Assembly: GCA_046597055.1 (NCBI GenBank)
Contig: JBKJLC010000037.1
Coordinates: forward strand, 64,001 to 128,000
Length of the DNA stretch: 64,000 nucleotides
DNA from: Kofleriaceae bacterium
Lineage (GTDB): Bacteria > Myxococcota_A > Polyangia > Haliangiales > Haliangiaceae
Direction of reading: 5' to 3'
Shown here in pieces: positions 49,661-59,053 of this stretch. The notes below the pieces were generated by a model that did not search any database, was not told the DNA's origin, and saw only the letters and a list, made by a program, of their open reading frames with translations. The translations under genes were made by a program, and so were the position numbers. Each line of letters starts with the position of its first letter. Position 1 is the stretch's first letter.

Positions 49661-50203
49661 ATGAAGGCGTCGGCGGGTCCTCCGCGCGAGGCTGGCACAA
49701 CGAAGCCCAAGGCCGAGGGCCAGGCGACCGGGGCGGCCGCGTCCCGGCTCATCGACCAGCGGATCCGCGACCTGGCGGACTGGCGCGGGCAGACCCTGGC
49801 CCGCATGCGGGCGATGATCCTCGAGGCCGCCCCCGCGGCGATCGAGGAGTGGAAGTGGATGGGCACGCCGGTCTGGTCCCACGACGGGATCATCTGCACC
49901 GGGGAGTCGTACAAGCAGGTCGTGAAGCTCACGTTCGCCCGGGGAGCCTCGGTCCCGGACCCCGCGCATCTCTTCAATTCCAGCCTCGAAGGCAACATGC
50001 GCCGGGCGATCGACCTCCGGGAGGGCGAGCAGGTCGACGCGGGCGCGTTCAAGGCGCTCGTGCAGGCCGCGGTGGTCCTCAACGGCTCGCGCGCGAAGAA
50101 AGCCCGCCCGGCCAAGCCCGCCGCGAAGGCCAAGCCCGCCGCCCAGGCCAGGCCCGCCGCGAAGGCCAAGCCCGCCGCGAAGGCCAAGCCGGTCAAGGGG
50201 TGA
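49661..50203 (+). CDS. DUF1801 (YdhG-like) protein with PAAKAK tail
   Basis: WRG.TL, EEWKW.GTPVW, LFNSSLEGN.RRAID. Confidence 0.85.
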   Translation: MKASAGPPREAGTTKPKAEGQATGAAASRLIDQRIRDLADWRGQTLARMRAMILEAAPAAIEEWKWMGTPVWSHDGIICTGESYKQVVKLTFARGASVPDPAHLFNSSLEGNMRRAIDLREGEQVDAGAFKALVQAAVVLNGSRAKKARPAKPAAKAKPAAQARPAAKAKPAAKAKPVKG

Positions 50204-51223
50204 TCACACCTCGCGCCGGCGCACCGACCAGATGAACCCGTCGTACCAAAAGTGCATCAGCGACACGACAATGGTCACGGCCCACAGCATCTCGAGGTCG
50301 GCGTCGAAGAGCTCGGCCGCGACGCCGTACGCGAGCACCGATCCGAAGAAGACGAGCGCCGCGAGCAGGCCGGCACGCCGCCGCGCGCCCAGGCGATCCA
50401 CCACCGTCTTCCGCTCCATCGCCCACACCAAGGCGAGGTACTGCACGGCATGGAACGAGTTCATGATGAAGAACGCCTCGCCCCAGCTGTTGAACCCCCA
50501 CGTGTAGATCGAGCACAGCCCGGTCGTCGCGAGCAGGTACACCTTGAGCATCGGCACGCGATAGCCGCGTCGCCGCAGCCGGGCGTAGCCGGCGAGATAG
50601 ACGCCGATGAACACGGTCCCGATCGCGATGACCGCGAGGGTGAGGGTCTGGCGGGCGCCCTGGGCGTGGGCGGGGACGGCGGAGAAGAAGGCCGCGTCGA
50701 CATCGTCGAACCCCTCGAAGACGTCGACGTGGTCCATCAGCGTCGCGCCCGCCAGGATCGGTCCGGCGTAGAGGAGCTGGTTGAGCCAGTAGTCGAGGCG
50801 GCGACCCGCCTCTGGTGGGTTGCCGACGTTGCGGTCGTAGATGCGCGCGAAGCCGAACGTCTGTGCGCCCGAGTGCCAGACGTCCCAGAACGTCGCCACC
50901 ACCGTCGCCGCGATCGCGAGCCAGGTCGAGCTGACGATCGCGATCCACAGGACCATCGGTACCAGGACGAAGCGGAGCGGATACCGGCGGAAGATCGCCG
51001 GGTTCCCGTGGCTGCGGAAGAACACCGCCACCAGGTGCGCGTGGATCAGGCTCCCGATGCAGACCGCGGCGAGCGTGGTCTCCTGGCCGTTGACCGCAAC
51101 CTGGTCGTCGGTGAACGACGTGCCAGCGATCAGCATGCCGACGACGAGGGCGCCCAGCGGTGGCAGCAGGAAGAACGCCCAGTCGTAGCGGGCGCTGACG
51201 AGGTAGGGCGAGCGCGCGCTCAC
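50204..51223 (-). CDS. Polytopic membrane protein with conserved-looking His motifs
   Basis: Multiple TM segments; [26 protein letters not shown]. Confidence 0.75.
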   Translation of the reverse strand: MSARSPYLVSARYDWAFFLLPPLGALVVGMLIAGTSFTDDQVAVNGQETTLAAVCIGSLIHAHLVAVFFRSHGNPAIFRRYPLRFVLVPMVLWIAIVSSTWLAIAATVVATFWDVWHSGAQTFGFARIYDRNVGNPPEAGRRLDYWLNQLLYAGPILAGATLMDHVDVFEGFDDVDAAFFSAVPAHAQGARQTLTLAVIAIGTVFIGVYLAGYARLRRRGYRVPMLKVYLLATTGLCSIYTWGFNSWGEAFFIMNSFHAVQYLALVWAMERKTVVDRLGARRRAGLLAALVFFGSVLAYGVAAELFDADLEMLWAVTIVVSLMHFWYDGFIWSVRRREV

Positions 51224-51879
51224 GGCGTGGGCTCCGCGCGCGTCTGCCAGTGCTCGGCCAGCGCCAGGAGGAAGCAGGTCACCCCGAGCAGCTCGAGCGC
51301 TTCCTCGACCCAGTCGATCGAGGCGTAGACGACGTTATCGGTGCCGGCGCGCGCGGTCCACCAGCCGAGGGGCAGCTCGGTGCCGACCGCGCCGGTCACG
51401 AAGATGGCACCGGCGATCACGAACTGACGGCGTCGCCGCGGCGGCAGGTCGCGCAGGAACGGAACGTAGAGCGCCCCGACCACGGCGACGATGACCAGGG
51501 CCGGGATGACCCAGTCGAAGTAGAGCAGGCCGTCACCGCCGAACCGCCCGCCCAGGTGCTCGTGGATCTCGATGGCCTCGTCGAGGGACATGTAGCCGAA
51601 GCCGGCCGCGAGGCCGATCCAGCGCGCGCGGTGGCGGCCGCCCCGGGCGCCCAGGTCCGCGGCGATCGCGCCGAGCAGCAGGGCGCAGGCCAGGAGGAGC
51701 GAGCTCGCATACCAGGTCGGGAGGTTGGCCTCGTAGCTGAGCGAGCACAGCTCGACCATGATCTCGACCACCGGCGCGTGCGAGCGGGTGTGGAGCAGCT
51801 CGACGGCAAGGCCGGCGAGCGCGATGACGAGGCCCACGACGATCAGCGGTCGCGCGATGAGCTCCCTCAGCGGTCGCAT
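51220..51879 (-). CDS. Hypothetical membrane protein
   Basis: [32 protein letters not shown] coupling. Confidence 0.75.
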   Translation of the reverse strand: MRPLRELIARPLIVVGLVIALAGLAVELLHTRSHAPVVEIMVELCSLSYEANLPTWYASSLLLACALLLGAIAADLGARGGRHRARWIGLAAGFGYMSLDEAIEIHEHLGGRFGGDGLLYFDWVIPALVIVAVVGALYVPFLRDLPPRRRRQFVIAGAIFVTGAVGTELPLGWWTARAGTDNVVYASIDWVEEALELLGVTCFLLALAEHWQTRAEPTP

Positions 51880-52049
51880 GGTCGAACGGTGAATGTAGCG
51901 CACGATGTCTGTCGGCCTGGCGCCCACTCGTTCGGCCGAGTCAGACGATCACCGGGGCGACCAGAGCCGCTCGGCTCCGTCGGAGCCGCTCGGCTCCATG
52001 GAAGGTCGGCGGCGCGGGCCCAGGTGGCCGAACCTGCGAATGCGCGACG

Positions 52050-52065
52050 TGGCGTGCGGGTTGCT
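52050..52065 (+). promoter_or_regulatory. Sigma54 promoter
   Basis: TGGCGTGCGGGTTGCT, 16 nt before ATG 52080. Confidence 0.55.
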
Positions 52066-52079
52066 GTGTATCAGTAACA

Positions 52080-52706
52080 ATGATGCGCAGCCCCGTCGTG
52101 ATCGCGATCGCCGCACTGGCCCTCGCCGCCTGTGAGTCCGAGGGCGACATGCCCGCCACCGCCGCCGCCGGGGCGGTGCCGCCGGCCAAGGTGTCGGTGG
52201 AGGTGCCGAAGACCGCCGTCAGGCCCGAGCACTTCGACCTGGCGGGGACCGCCGACCTCGTCCGCGACAACCGCGTGAAGAATGGTGCCGAGCTCGAGGT
52301 GCAGCTCAACAAGAACACCCGGAACCGGGTCGATGTCGATGCCGACGGCAAGCGCGACCGCCTGCAGGTGGTCGAGGTCCGCACCGGCGCCGCGCGGACC
52401 CTCGAGGTCCGGGCGGTGCCCTCGAGTCAGCGCGGCGCGGCGGCCGCCCAGGCGGCGGTGCCGGTCGCCGTGGTCGAGCTCGCGCCGGCGGGCGACCGCG
52501 CCCACGTGACGGTCGGGTACGCCGACGTGGTCGTCGTGGACGAGCCGGTCGTGGTCACGTTCGACGCCCCGATCGTGGTCGGCGGCTTCTGTCACTGGGT
52601 GCTCGTCGTGGAGCGGCCGATCTTCATCGGGGTGGCCGTCGTGGTCGTGCCCGCGCGCTCCGAGCACTCCAAACACAAGAAGCACAAGCAGCACAAATGG
52701 AAGTAA
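52080..52706 (+). CDS. Lipoprotein with DxDxDG motif and His/Lys-rich C-terminus
   Basis: Lipobox LAAC; NRVDVDADGKRD; HSKHKKHKQHKWK. Confidence 0.75.
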   Translation: MMRSPVVIAIAALALAACESEGDMPATAAAGAVPPAKVSVEVPKTAVRPEHFDLAGTADLVRDNRVKNGAELEVQLNKNTRNRVDVDADGKRDRLQVVEVRTGAARTLEVRAVPSSQRGAAAAQAAVPVAVVELAPAGDRAHVTVGYADVVVVDEPVVVTFDAPIVVGGFCHWVLVVERPIFIGVAVVVVPARSEHSKHKKHKQHKWK

Positions 52707-52742
52707 CCACGACCGGTCGCGCCGCGCGCGCCCTGGTGAACG

Positions 52743-53624
52743 TCAGCCACGCCAGGCGATCGTCACGAGCTCCCTGAGCCGCGCCGGGTCGCTCGCCGAC
52801 GTCTTGCACATGAAGCCGCTCTTGTGCGCGAAGTGCACGTCGGGCTGGCCCTCGACTCGGGAGAAGTCGAGGCCGGGATGGTCCTCGTAGCGGCCGATGC
52901 CGAAGCCGTCGCCGCGTCGGTCCGGATACACGATGGCGGCGATGACCGCGTCGAGCTTCCGGGCCCGGATGTAGCTGCCGAGCATGGCGCTGGGCTCGTC
53001 GGCGGCGGGCTCGGTGCGCGGCAGGAACAGGGCCTCGACCCGGTCCTCGCCACAGGCGATCGTCCACCGCTCGACGCGCTGGTCGATGAAGTCGAGGCGC
53101 TCGCGAGCGACGCGCAGGTACTCGAGCAGGTCGGCGCCGACCATCCTCATGAACAGGTAGAGCGGATCGGTGGGCTCGAGCCGGGTCGCCTGCGCGAAGC
53201 GACGCAGCAGCGTCAGGTCGATCGGCGAGTTGAGCTGGGAGATCGCGCGGCGCGGCACACCCAGCCACTCGCCGGTCTTCTTGGGGCCGCGCGAATCGAA
53301 CCACTCCGCGGTCTCGAGCCAGTCGCAGAACTGCAGCGCGTCCTGGTACAGACCCAGGTGATCAAGGACCAGGCTGAGCGCGCAGGTCGGCGGGTGCTCG
53401 CGCGCGAAGTGGTGGTGGTCGAAGTTCGAGCGCGCCGGGTCGTGGATCCCGCCGATGTCGACCACGGCGACCGCGGGATCGTCGAGCTCGGCGGCCGTGG
53501 GCTCGCGGCGGACGATGGGACAGCCATGGAGCGCCGCCAGGACACAGACGGCGAGCAGGTCGTCCTTGTGAGCGCCGCCGGGATGCGTGACGATCGTGTG
53601 CACGTGGGTCGCGCACCCTACCAT
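52743..53624 (-). CDS. MYG1 family (DHH-like) metal-dependent hydrolase/exonuclease
   Basis: THPGGAHKDD, VDIGG.HD, FDHH, FAHKSGF; start ATG 53624 or GTG 53603. Confidence 0.8.
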   Translation of the reverse strand: MVGCATHVHTIVTHPGGAHKDDLLAVCVLAALHGCPIVRREPTAAELDDPAVAVVDIGGIHDPARSNFDHHHFAREHPPTCALSLVLDHLGLYQDALQFCDWLETAEWFDSRGPKKTGEWLGVPRRAISQLNSPIDLTLLRRFAQATRLEPTDPLYLFMRMVGADLLEYLRVARERLDFIDQRVERWTIACGEDRVEALFLPRTEPAADEPSAMLGSYIRARKLDAVIAAIVYPDRRGDGFGIGRYEDHPGLDFSRVEGQPDVHFAHKSGFMCKTSASDPARLRELVTIAWRG

Positions 53625-54655
53625 CACGCGCCCGCGTCCGATTCGACCGATGCGTCGATCATGGTGAGCGCGAGCCAGTTCTCGGCCAGCTCGCGCGCTG
53701 TCTGCTTCCGGTGTGCGGGCACCGAGATCCGGTGCTGCCAGCCGCCATCGCCGGTGAGATCGAAGCGGCCCCACGAGCGGATCGCCCCGAGCGCCTCGAG
53801 CTCGCGGATCAGCCCGCGCGCGGTGCCGTCGTAGCGGCCGCGGGTGTGGTCGTCGTCGCCGGCGATGATCAGCGTCGTGCCGGCCGGGGGATCGTCGGCA
53901 AGATCGGTGATCCGATCGACCGCCTCCGCGTCGGTGGCTGCATCGCCGATCGCGCGCACCGCGCCCCGCGCCTCGGCGAACAGCGCGCCCGCCGCGCGCT
54001 TGGTCAGCCGCGCGACATCGCGTGAGGGCGGCGCCGGGGCCGCCAGGTAGAAGGGCTCGGGATCGCCCATGCGAACGCCGTCGAGGCCGATCCGGGTGCC
54101 GAGCGCGAGTCGGGACAGCCAGCGCAACCAGGCCGGCATCGCCGCGCGGGGCGGCGCGGCGCGCAGCTCGGGATCGGTGACCAGCGGCACCGCGAGCAGG
54201 AGGGCCCAGCCGAAGCTGCCGAACCAGCCGAGCCCGTTGTGGCCGAGCGCGCGCGCCCGCACGAACCGGCGCACATGGGGCCAGGCGGCCTGGAACACCT
54301 CGTCGCGGCCGTGGTCGCGCAGGTGGGCGACCAGCAGCGCCGCGTCCCGCGGGCCGGCCCGCATGCGGCGCGCGAGGTCATCGTCGCCGGTCACGACCGT
54401 GACGTCGACCGAGACGCCCTCGAGGGTGCCATGCATGCGTGGCGGCAGGGTCGGGATGAGCGTCAGCCCGAGCGCGGCGGCGAGGCGCGCCGGATCGTCG
54501 TCCGAGACCAGCACGTCGACGTCGCCGGCGTGGGCCGGTGCGTAGACGCTCGAGCCGTACGGCTCGACGACGGCGCGCGGATCCGCGACGGCGCGCACCC
54601 GCGCGAGGACGCGCGCCGCGGGTGGGGAGCTCGAGTCGTGCGCTGATCCCGTCAT
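53624..54655 (-). CDS. Pol-beta-type nucleotidyltransferase with eukaryotic poly(A)-polymerase-like central domain
   Basis: YGSS..GDVDVLV, third Asp in VSVDV; VRRFVRARAL..NGLGWFGSFGWALLLA. Confidence 0.65.
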   Translation of the reverse strand: MTGSAHDSSSPPAARVLARVRAVADPRAVVEPYGSSVYAPAHAGDVDVLVSDDDPARLAAALGLTLIPTLPPRMHGTLEGVSVDVTVVTGDDDLARRMRAGPRDAALLVAHLRDHGRDEVFQAAWPHVRRFVRARALGHNGLGWFGSFGWALLLAVPLVTDPELRAAPPRAAMPAWLRWLSRLALGTRIGLDGVRMGDPEPFYLAAPAPPSRDVARLTKRAAGALFAEARGAVRAIGDAATDAEAVDRITDLADDPPAGTTLIIAGDDDHTRGRYDGTARGLIRELEALGAIRSWGRFDLTGDGGWQHRISVPAHRKQTARELAENWLALTMIDASVESDAGA

Positions 54656-54801
54656 CACGCGCAGGAGACCGTGGCGCGGGCGTGGGCGCCAGCGTTCTCG
54701 CACATCTTGATCTGCCCCCGTGAGCGGCTGCTGCGAGCGCGCCCCCCCGTCGCCTGGTCGGCCGGGGCGCGCCAGCGCATCGCGCGCGGTCCGGGGGCGG
54801 G

Positions 54802-54931
54802 TGAACCGTTCAGGTCGGGCGCTGAACGGTGCAGCTCGGACGCTGGACCGTCCGCGCCGGGCCGGGGCCCGCGGTCGGATCGGGTCGATCTGCGGAGAAT
54901 CAAACCAGGGCCAGCTGGTGCGGCGCTTGCT
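54802..54931 (+). promoter_or_regulatory. Tandem enhancer-like repeats and sigma54 promoter
   Basis: TGAACCGTTCAG (54802) and TGAACGGTGCAG (54823), 21 bp apart; TGGTGCGGCGCTTGCT 54916-54931. Confidence 0.5.
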
Positions 54932-54943
54932 CGACATCGAGAC

Positions 54944-55741
54944 GTGCCCAAGTCGTCCGTGCGTCCGCGAGTCCGGTTCTGGTTGCTGGCCGCCGCGTGG
55001 CTGGCCGCGTGCGGGACGGTCGAATCCGAGCCCGTGGCGGCGGTCGACGCGTCGTCGCCCGACGCCATGTCCACCGATGCCATGGCGGCGCCCGACGCCG
55101 CGGTGCTGACCGCGGCCTGCAGCCAGGATCCGAGCTGCGGCGAGGTCGAGACGATCTCGTCCGTGGACGACCTGATCGCGGTGACCCGGCGCTGTCCGAC
55201 CTGGGACGCGGTGCTGGTCGATCGCTACCGCAACCGGACCGCGACGATCCGCGTCGGGTCGGACATCGAGGTGTGCGTGGGCCACATCCCGCTGCCGCTC
55301 GACTGCTCGGGAGGCATCCCGTGCGAGGCGGGCGTGCGCCTGGAGGTGGACCGGTTCCTGGCGGGTGTCGACAGCAGCGTCGGGTGCCCGGGCGGCGTGG
55401 TGCTGGCGGCGGGGGCGCGCTTCCGGATCCGCTACGACGTCATGCCGGGCGGGCAACGCAGTCAATTCCGGGTTCCGAACCTGCGCTTCGAGCGCGCCTG
55501 CGACGCGGCCTGCAGCCCGAGCGAGCGCCGCTGCGACGGCAACGGCGGCTGCTACCCCGCGGACGAGGTGTGCTTCGCGTGCGGTCGCGGCACCCAGGAG
55601 CAGTGTGCGTGCCGGTCGCCCGACAACGGTGTCATTGGCGACTGCGAGTCGTGCGCGATCCGCGGCGAGGGAACCGTGTCCCCCGGTCACTGCCTCGGCG
55701 GGAGCTGCACGCGCGACGCGTGCGCGACCTGCCCGTGCTGA
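54944..55741 (+). CDS. Cys-rich lipoprotein
   Basis: Lipobox LAAC; DA-repeat linker; Cys-dense C-terminus; start codon uncertain. Confidence 0.7.
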   Translation: MPKSSVRPRVRFWLLAAAWLAACGTVESEPVAAVDASSPDAMSTDAMAAPDAAVLTAACSQDPSCGEVETISSVDDLIAVTRRCPTWDAVLVDRYRNRTATIRVGSDIEVCVGHIPLPLDCSGGIPCEAGVRLEVDRFLAGVDSSVGCPGGVVLAAGARFRIRYDVMPGGQRSQFRVPNLRFERACDAACSPSERRCDGNGGCYPADEVCFACGRGTQEQCACRSPDNGVIGDCESCAIRGEGTVSPGHCLGGSCTRDACATCPC

Positions 55742-55804
55742 CCCGAGGGGCGGGCGCGGCCGTCGAGGTCGCCGCCGGACCGGGCCGGTGGGCGGCGGGC
55801 GAGG

Positions 55805-57760
55805 TCAGCGGTGGGCCGCGCCCCCCTGGTCGAGCGCCGCGACGAGTTGATCGACGTCGACCGGCTTGACGAGGTGGGCGTCGAAGCCGGCGACCGCCGA
55901 GCGCTCTCGATCGCCCGGCTGGCCGTAGCCGGTGAGCGCGACCAGCCGGAGCGAGCCCAGTCCCGAGTGCTGGCGCACGCGCCGCGCGAGCTCGTAGCCG
56001 TCCATGACCGGCAGTCCGATGTCGAGGATGGCCACATCGGGGGTGAACGTCGCCAGCAGGGCGAGCGCGGCCGGCCCGTCATGCGCGATCCGCACGGTGT
56101 AGCCGAGCCCGTCCATGATCTCCGCGAGCATCTCGGCGGCGTCCTCGTTGTCGTCGACCACGAGGACGGACCGGCCCGCGGGGCGGGCCGCGACGACGGC
56201 CGGCTGTGGCGCCGCCGGCGCGTTCAGGCGCGCCTGCGCCACGGCGGGCAGCCGCACCGTGAACGTCGAGCCGTGGCCGAGCCCCGGGCTCGCCACCTCG
56301 ACCTCACCACCGTGGAGCTCGACCAGCCGACGCACGATCGCGAGGCCGAGCCCGAGGCCGCCCGGTGCCCGATCGAGGTCCTGACGCCCCTGCACGAACA
56401 GATCGAAGACCACCGGCAGCAGCTCGACCCCAAGGCCGACCCCGCTGTCGATGACGCGGACGACGATCGTCTCGCCCTCGCGCGCCGCGGTGATCGTGAT
56501 GCGCCCCTCCGCGGGGGTGTACTTCGCCGCGTTGGCCAGGAGGTTCGCGAAGACCTGTTGCAGGCGGTAGGCGTCGCCGACCACGGCCAGGCCAGCCGGA
56601 ACCTCGGCCCGCAGCCGGTGCCGACGCTGCTCGATCAGCGGACTGGCCGTCTCGATCGCGCGTTCGGTGATCTCACCGAGGTCGAGGACCTCGCGGGCCA
56701 GCTCCACCTTGCCACGCGTGATCCGCGAGACGTCGAGCAGGTCGTCGACCAGGCGGACGAGGTGGGTGACCTGGCGCTCGATCACGCCGCGCTCGCGCTC
56801 GGTGTCCGGGTTGCCCCGCAGCCGCATGAGCTCCAGGGCGGTCCGGATCGGCGCCAGCGGGTTGCGCAGCTCGTGGCCCAGCAGCGCGAGGAACTCGTCC
56901 TTGGCGCGGCTGGCCGACTCCGCTGCCGCGCGCGCCTCGGTCTCGCCCGCGAGCAGCTCGGCGCGCTGGCGCTCGGCCCGCTTGCGCTCGCTGACGTCGC
57001 GGAAGAAGACCGAGATGCCGCCGTCGCGCGCCGGGAACGCGTCGACCTCGGTCCAGACGTCGAGCGGTGCGTAGTACTCCTCGAAGTGCGCGTCGCAGCG
57101 CTCCTGCATGATGCGGTGGTACTCGGTCCAGCAGCGCGAGGTCGGCGTCGCGGTCTCCGGAAAGACCTCCCAGAAGGTGCGGCCCAGCGACTGATCGCGC
57201 GACGTCTGCGACACCCGCTCCTGGTTGCGGTTGACCCGGATGATGCGGTAGTCGCGATCGAGCAGGAGGAAGGCGTCGCTCATCGACTCGAGCGTGTCGC
57301 CCAGCTGCTCGAGCGCCCGCTTCTGGTCATCGATGTCGGTGTTGATCCCGATCCAGCGAACGATCGCGCCTCGCGCGTCCCGCATCGGCGTGACCCGGGT
57401 CAAGAACCAGCGGAAGGCGCCGTCGCGGCGCCGCAGCGGGAACTCCATCTCGAAGGGCTGCCCGGTCGCGATCGAGTGCTGCCAGCGCTCCATCACGCTC
57501 GGCAGCAGCGCCTGATCGTGCACCGACCGCCAGCCCCAGCCTTCCATGTCAGCGGGCGTGGTGCCGGTGTACTCGTACCAGCGCGGGTTGTAGTAGTCGA
57601 TGTAGCCGTCGGCCCGGGCCCACCAGGCCAGCTGCGGCATCCACTCGATCATCGTCCGGAACTGGTGGTCGCCCGCGTCGTCGGCAGGATCGCGAGGGCC
57701 GGCGTCCGGCCTTGGCAGGTCCTCCCTCTTGACGGGATTCTGACAGTGCTCGCAGATCAC
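55805..57760 (-). CDS. PAS-PAS hybrid histidine kinase-receiver
   Basis: Two PAS domains, LGHELRNPL, GGLGLGL, C-terminal REC (VDDN, LDIGLP, KP); start approximate. Confidence 0.92.
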   Translation of the reverse strand: MICEHCQNPVKREDLPRPDAGPRDPADDAGDHQFRTMIEWMPQLAWWARADGYIDYYNPRWYEYTGTTPADMEGWGWRSVHDQALLPSVMERWQHSIATGQPFEMEFPLRRRDGAFRWFLTRVTPMRDARGAIVRWIGINTDIDDQKRALEQLGDTLESMSDAFLLLDRDYRIIRVNRNQERVSQTSRDQSLGRTFWEVFPETATPTSRCWTEYHRIMQERCDAHFEEYYAPLDVWTEVDAFPARDGGISVFFRDVSERKRAERQRAELLAGETEARAAAESASRAKDEFLALLGHELRNPLAPIRTALELMRLRGNPDTERERGVIERQVTHLVRLVDDLLDVSRITRGKVELAREVLDLGEITERAIETASPLIEQRRHRLRAEVPAGLAVVGDAYRLQQVFANLLANAAKYTPAEGRITITAAREGETIVVRVIDSGVGLGVELLPVVFDLFVQGRQDLDRAPGGLGLGLAIVRRLVELHGGEVEVASPGLGHGSTFTVRLPAVAQARLNAPAAPQPAVVAARPAGRSVLVVDDNEDAAEMLAEIMDGLGYTVRIAHDGPAALALLATFTPDVAILDIGLPVMDGYELARRVRQHSGLGSLRLVALTGYGQPGDRERSAVAGFDAHLVKPVDVDQLVAALDQGGAAHR

Positions 57761-57929
57761 CGTAACAGTCTTGCTCGATCCTCGCCGTCCGTCCAGGGCA
57801 CGACACCCGCGGCGGGCCGGGTCCCCTGACGCGAAGCGCACCTCGGCAGGGGGCCGCGCCGAACGCCGCGGTCCACGCGGTCAGCGCGGCGGCTGGCGGG
57901 ACCCGCGTCTTGTGCCACCCTATCGCGCC

Positions 57930-58796
57930 ATGTCCGAACGCGACGCTACCCCGCTGCCTGCCGAAGTCTTTCAGCTCCTCGTCGAGCAGAGCGGTGACGG
58001 GATCATCGTCGCGGACGAGAATGGCGTCATCCGGGTCTTCAACCCGGAGGCCGAGCGACAGCATGGGGTTGCCCGCCGTCAGGTCGCGGCACCTGATTGG
58101 GCCGATACGTTTGGGCTCTATAGCCTGGACGGCGCCAAGCTTGCCTTGGCCGAGACGCCGCTGTACCGGGCGGTCCACGGAGAAGTCGTCAGGGGCGCGC
58201 GGTGGGCCGTGAAGCTGCCGAGCGGCGCCATGCGCACGCTGAGCGGGACGGCGACGCCGCTCCGCCACGCCGATGGCCGCGCCGCGGGCGCGCTGCTCAT
58301 CACGCGCGACGAGACCGAGCGGATCGACCTCGAGCGGCAGCGGCAGACGCTCGCCGAGGTCGTCGAGCAGAGCCGCGACTTCATCGGGATCGCAACGCCG
58401 CAAGGGGTTCCGTTCTATGTCAACTCGGCCGGCCGACGCCTGGTCGGACTCGACCACGAGCCCCTGGACGCACTCACGGTGGCCGACTTCTTCGGGCCGG
58501 CAGAGTACGAGCGCGTGGCGCACGCGATGACGTCCCTGGACCACAGCGCCCGCACTCACTTCCGGCATTTTCGAACCGGCGCGCTCATCCCGGTCTGTTG
58601 GCACGTGTTTCCGATCCGTGACGAGCACGGCGCGGTCACGGCGATCGCGACCGTGACCCGCGACCTCACGACCGAGGAAGCGCTGGCCGTGGAGCTCGCC
58701 GCCCAGCAGCGCGACGTGGTCGCGATGCTGCAGCGGCTGCTCGACGAGCGGCAGCAGCTCGAGCGGCGCATCGCGGAGCTCGAGGGACGCGCGTGA
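57930..58796 (+). CDS. Stand-alone PAS-PAS protein with C-terminal coiled coil
   Basis: Two PAS-like repeats, no kinase or output domain. Confidence 0.8.
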   Translation: MSERDATPLPAEVFQLLVEQSGDGIIVADENGVIRVFNPEAERQHGVARRQVAAPDWADTFGLYSLDGAKLALAETPLYRAVHGEVVRGARWAVKLPSGAMRTLSGTATPLRHADGRAAGALLITRDETERIDLERQRQTLAEVVEQSRDFIGIATPQGVPFYVNSAGRRLVGLDHEPLDALTVADFFGPAEYERVAHAMTSLDHSARTHFRHFRTGALIPVCWHVFPIRDEHGAVTAIATVTRDLTTEEALAVELAAQQRDVVAMLQRLLDERQQLERRIAELEGRA

Positions 58797-59053
58797 GCGA
58801 GCTGCACACGTCGACGGTGCAACGCATGCATCGCGTCCTGGGCGCGGACCGTGCCGACAGACTGCTGCGCGATGGCCTCGCCGCGATCGGGTGCGATCAG
58901 CTCGAGACGGCTGACGACCTGTACCGGTTCGCGCTGTGGCTCGGCACGAGCACTGGCTTCGAACAAGCCCTCGGCAGCCTGCTCGCCGTGCAGGCCGTCA
59001 TGCGCGGCGCCGGACGGAAAGTCACGGATCCGGACGACGCGGCAGGACGCTAG
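58793..59053 (+). CDS. Small hypothetical protein
   Basis: GTGA-coupled to the PAS gene; helical, 86 aa. Confidence 0.6.
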   Translation: MSELHTSTVQRMHRVLGADRADRLLRDGLAAIGCDQLETADDLYRFALWLGTSTGFEQALGSLLAVQAVMRGAGRKVTDPDDAAGR

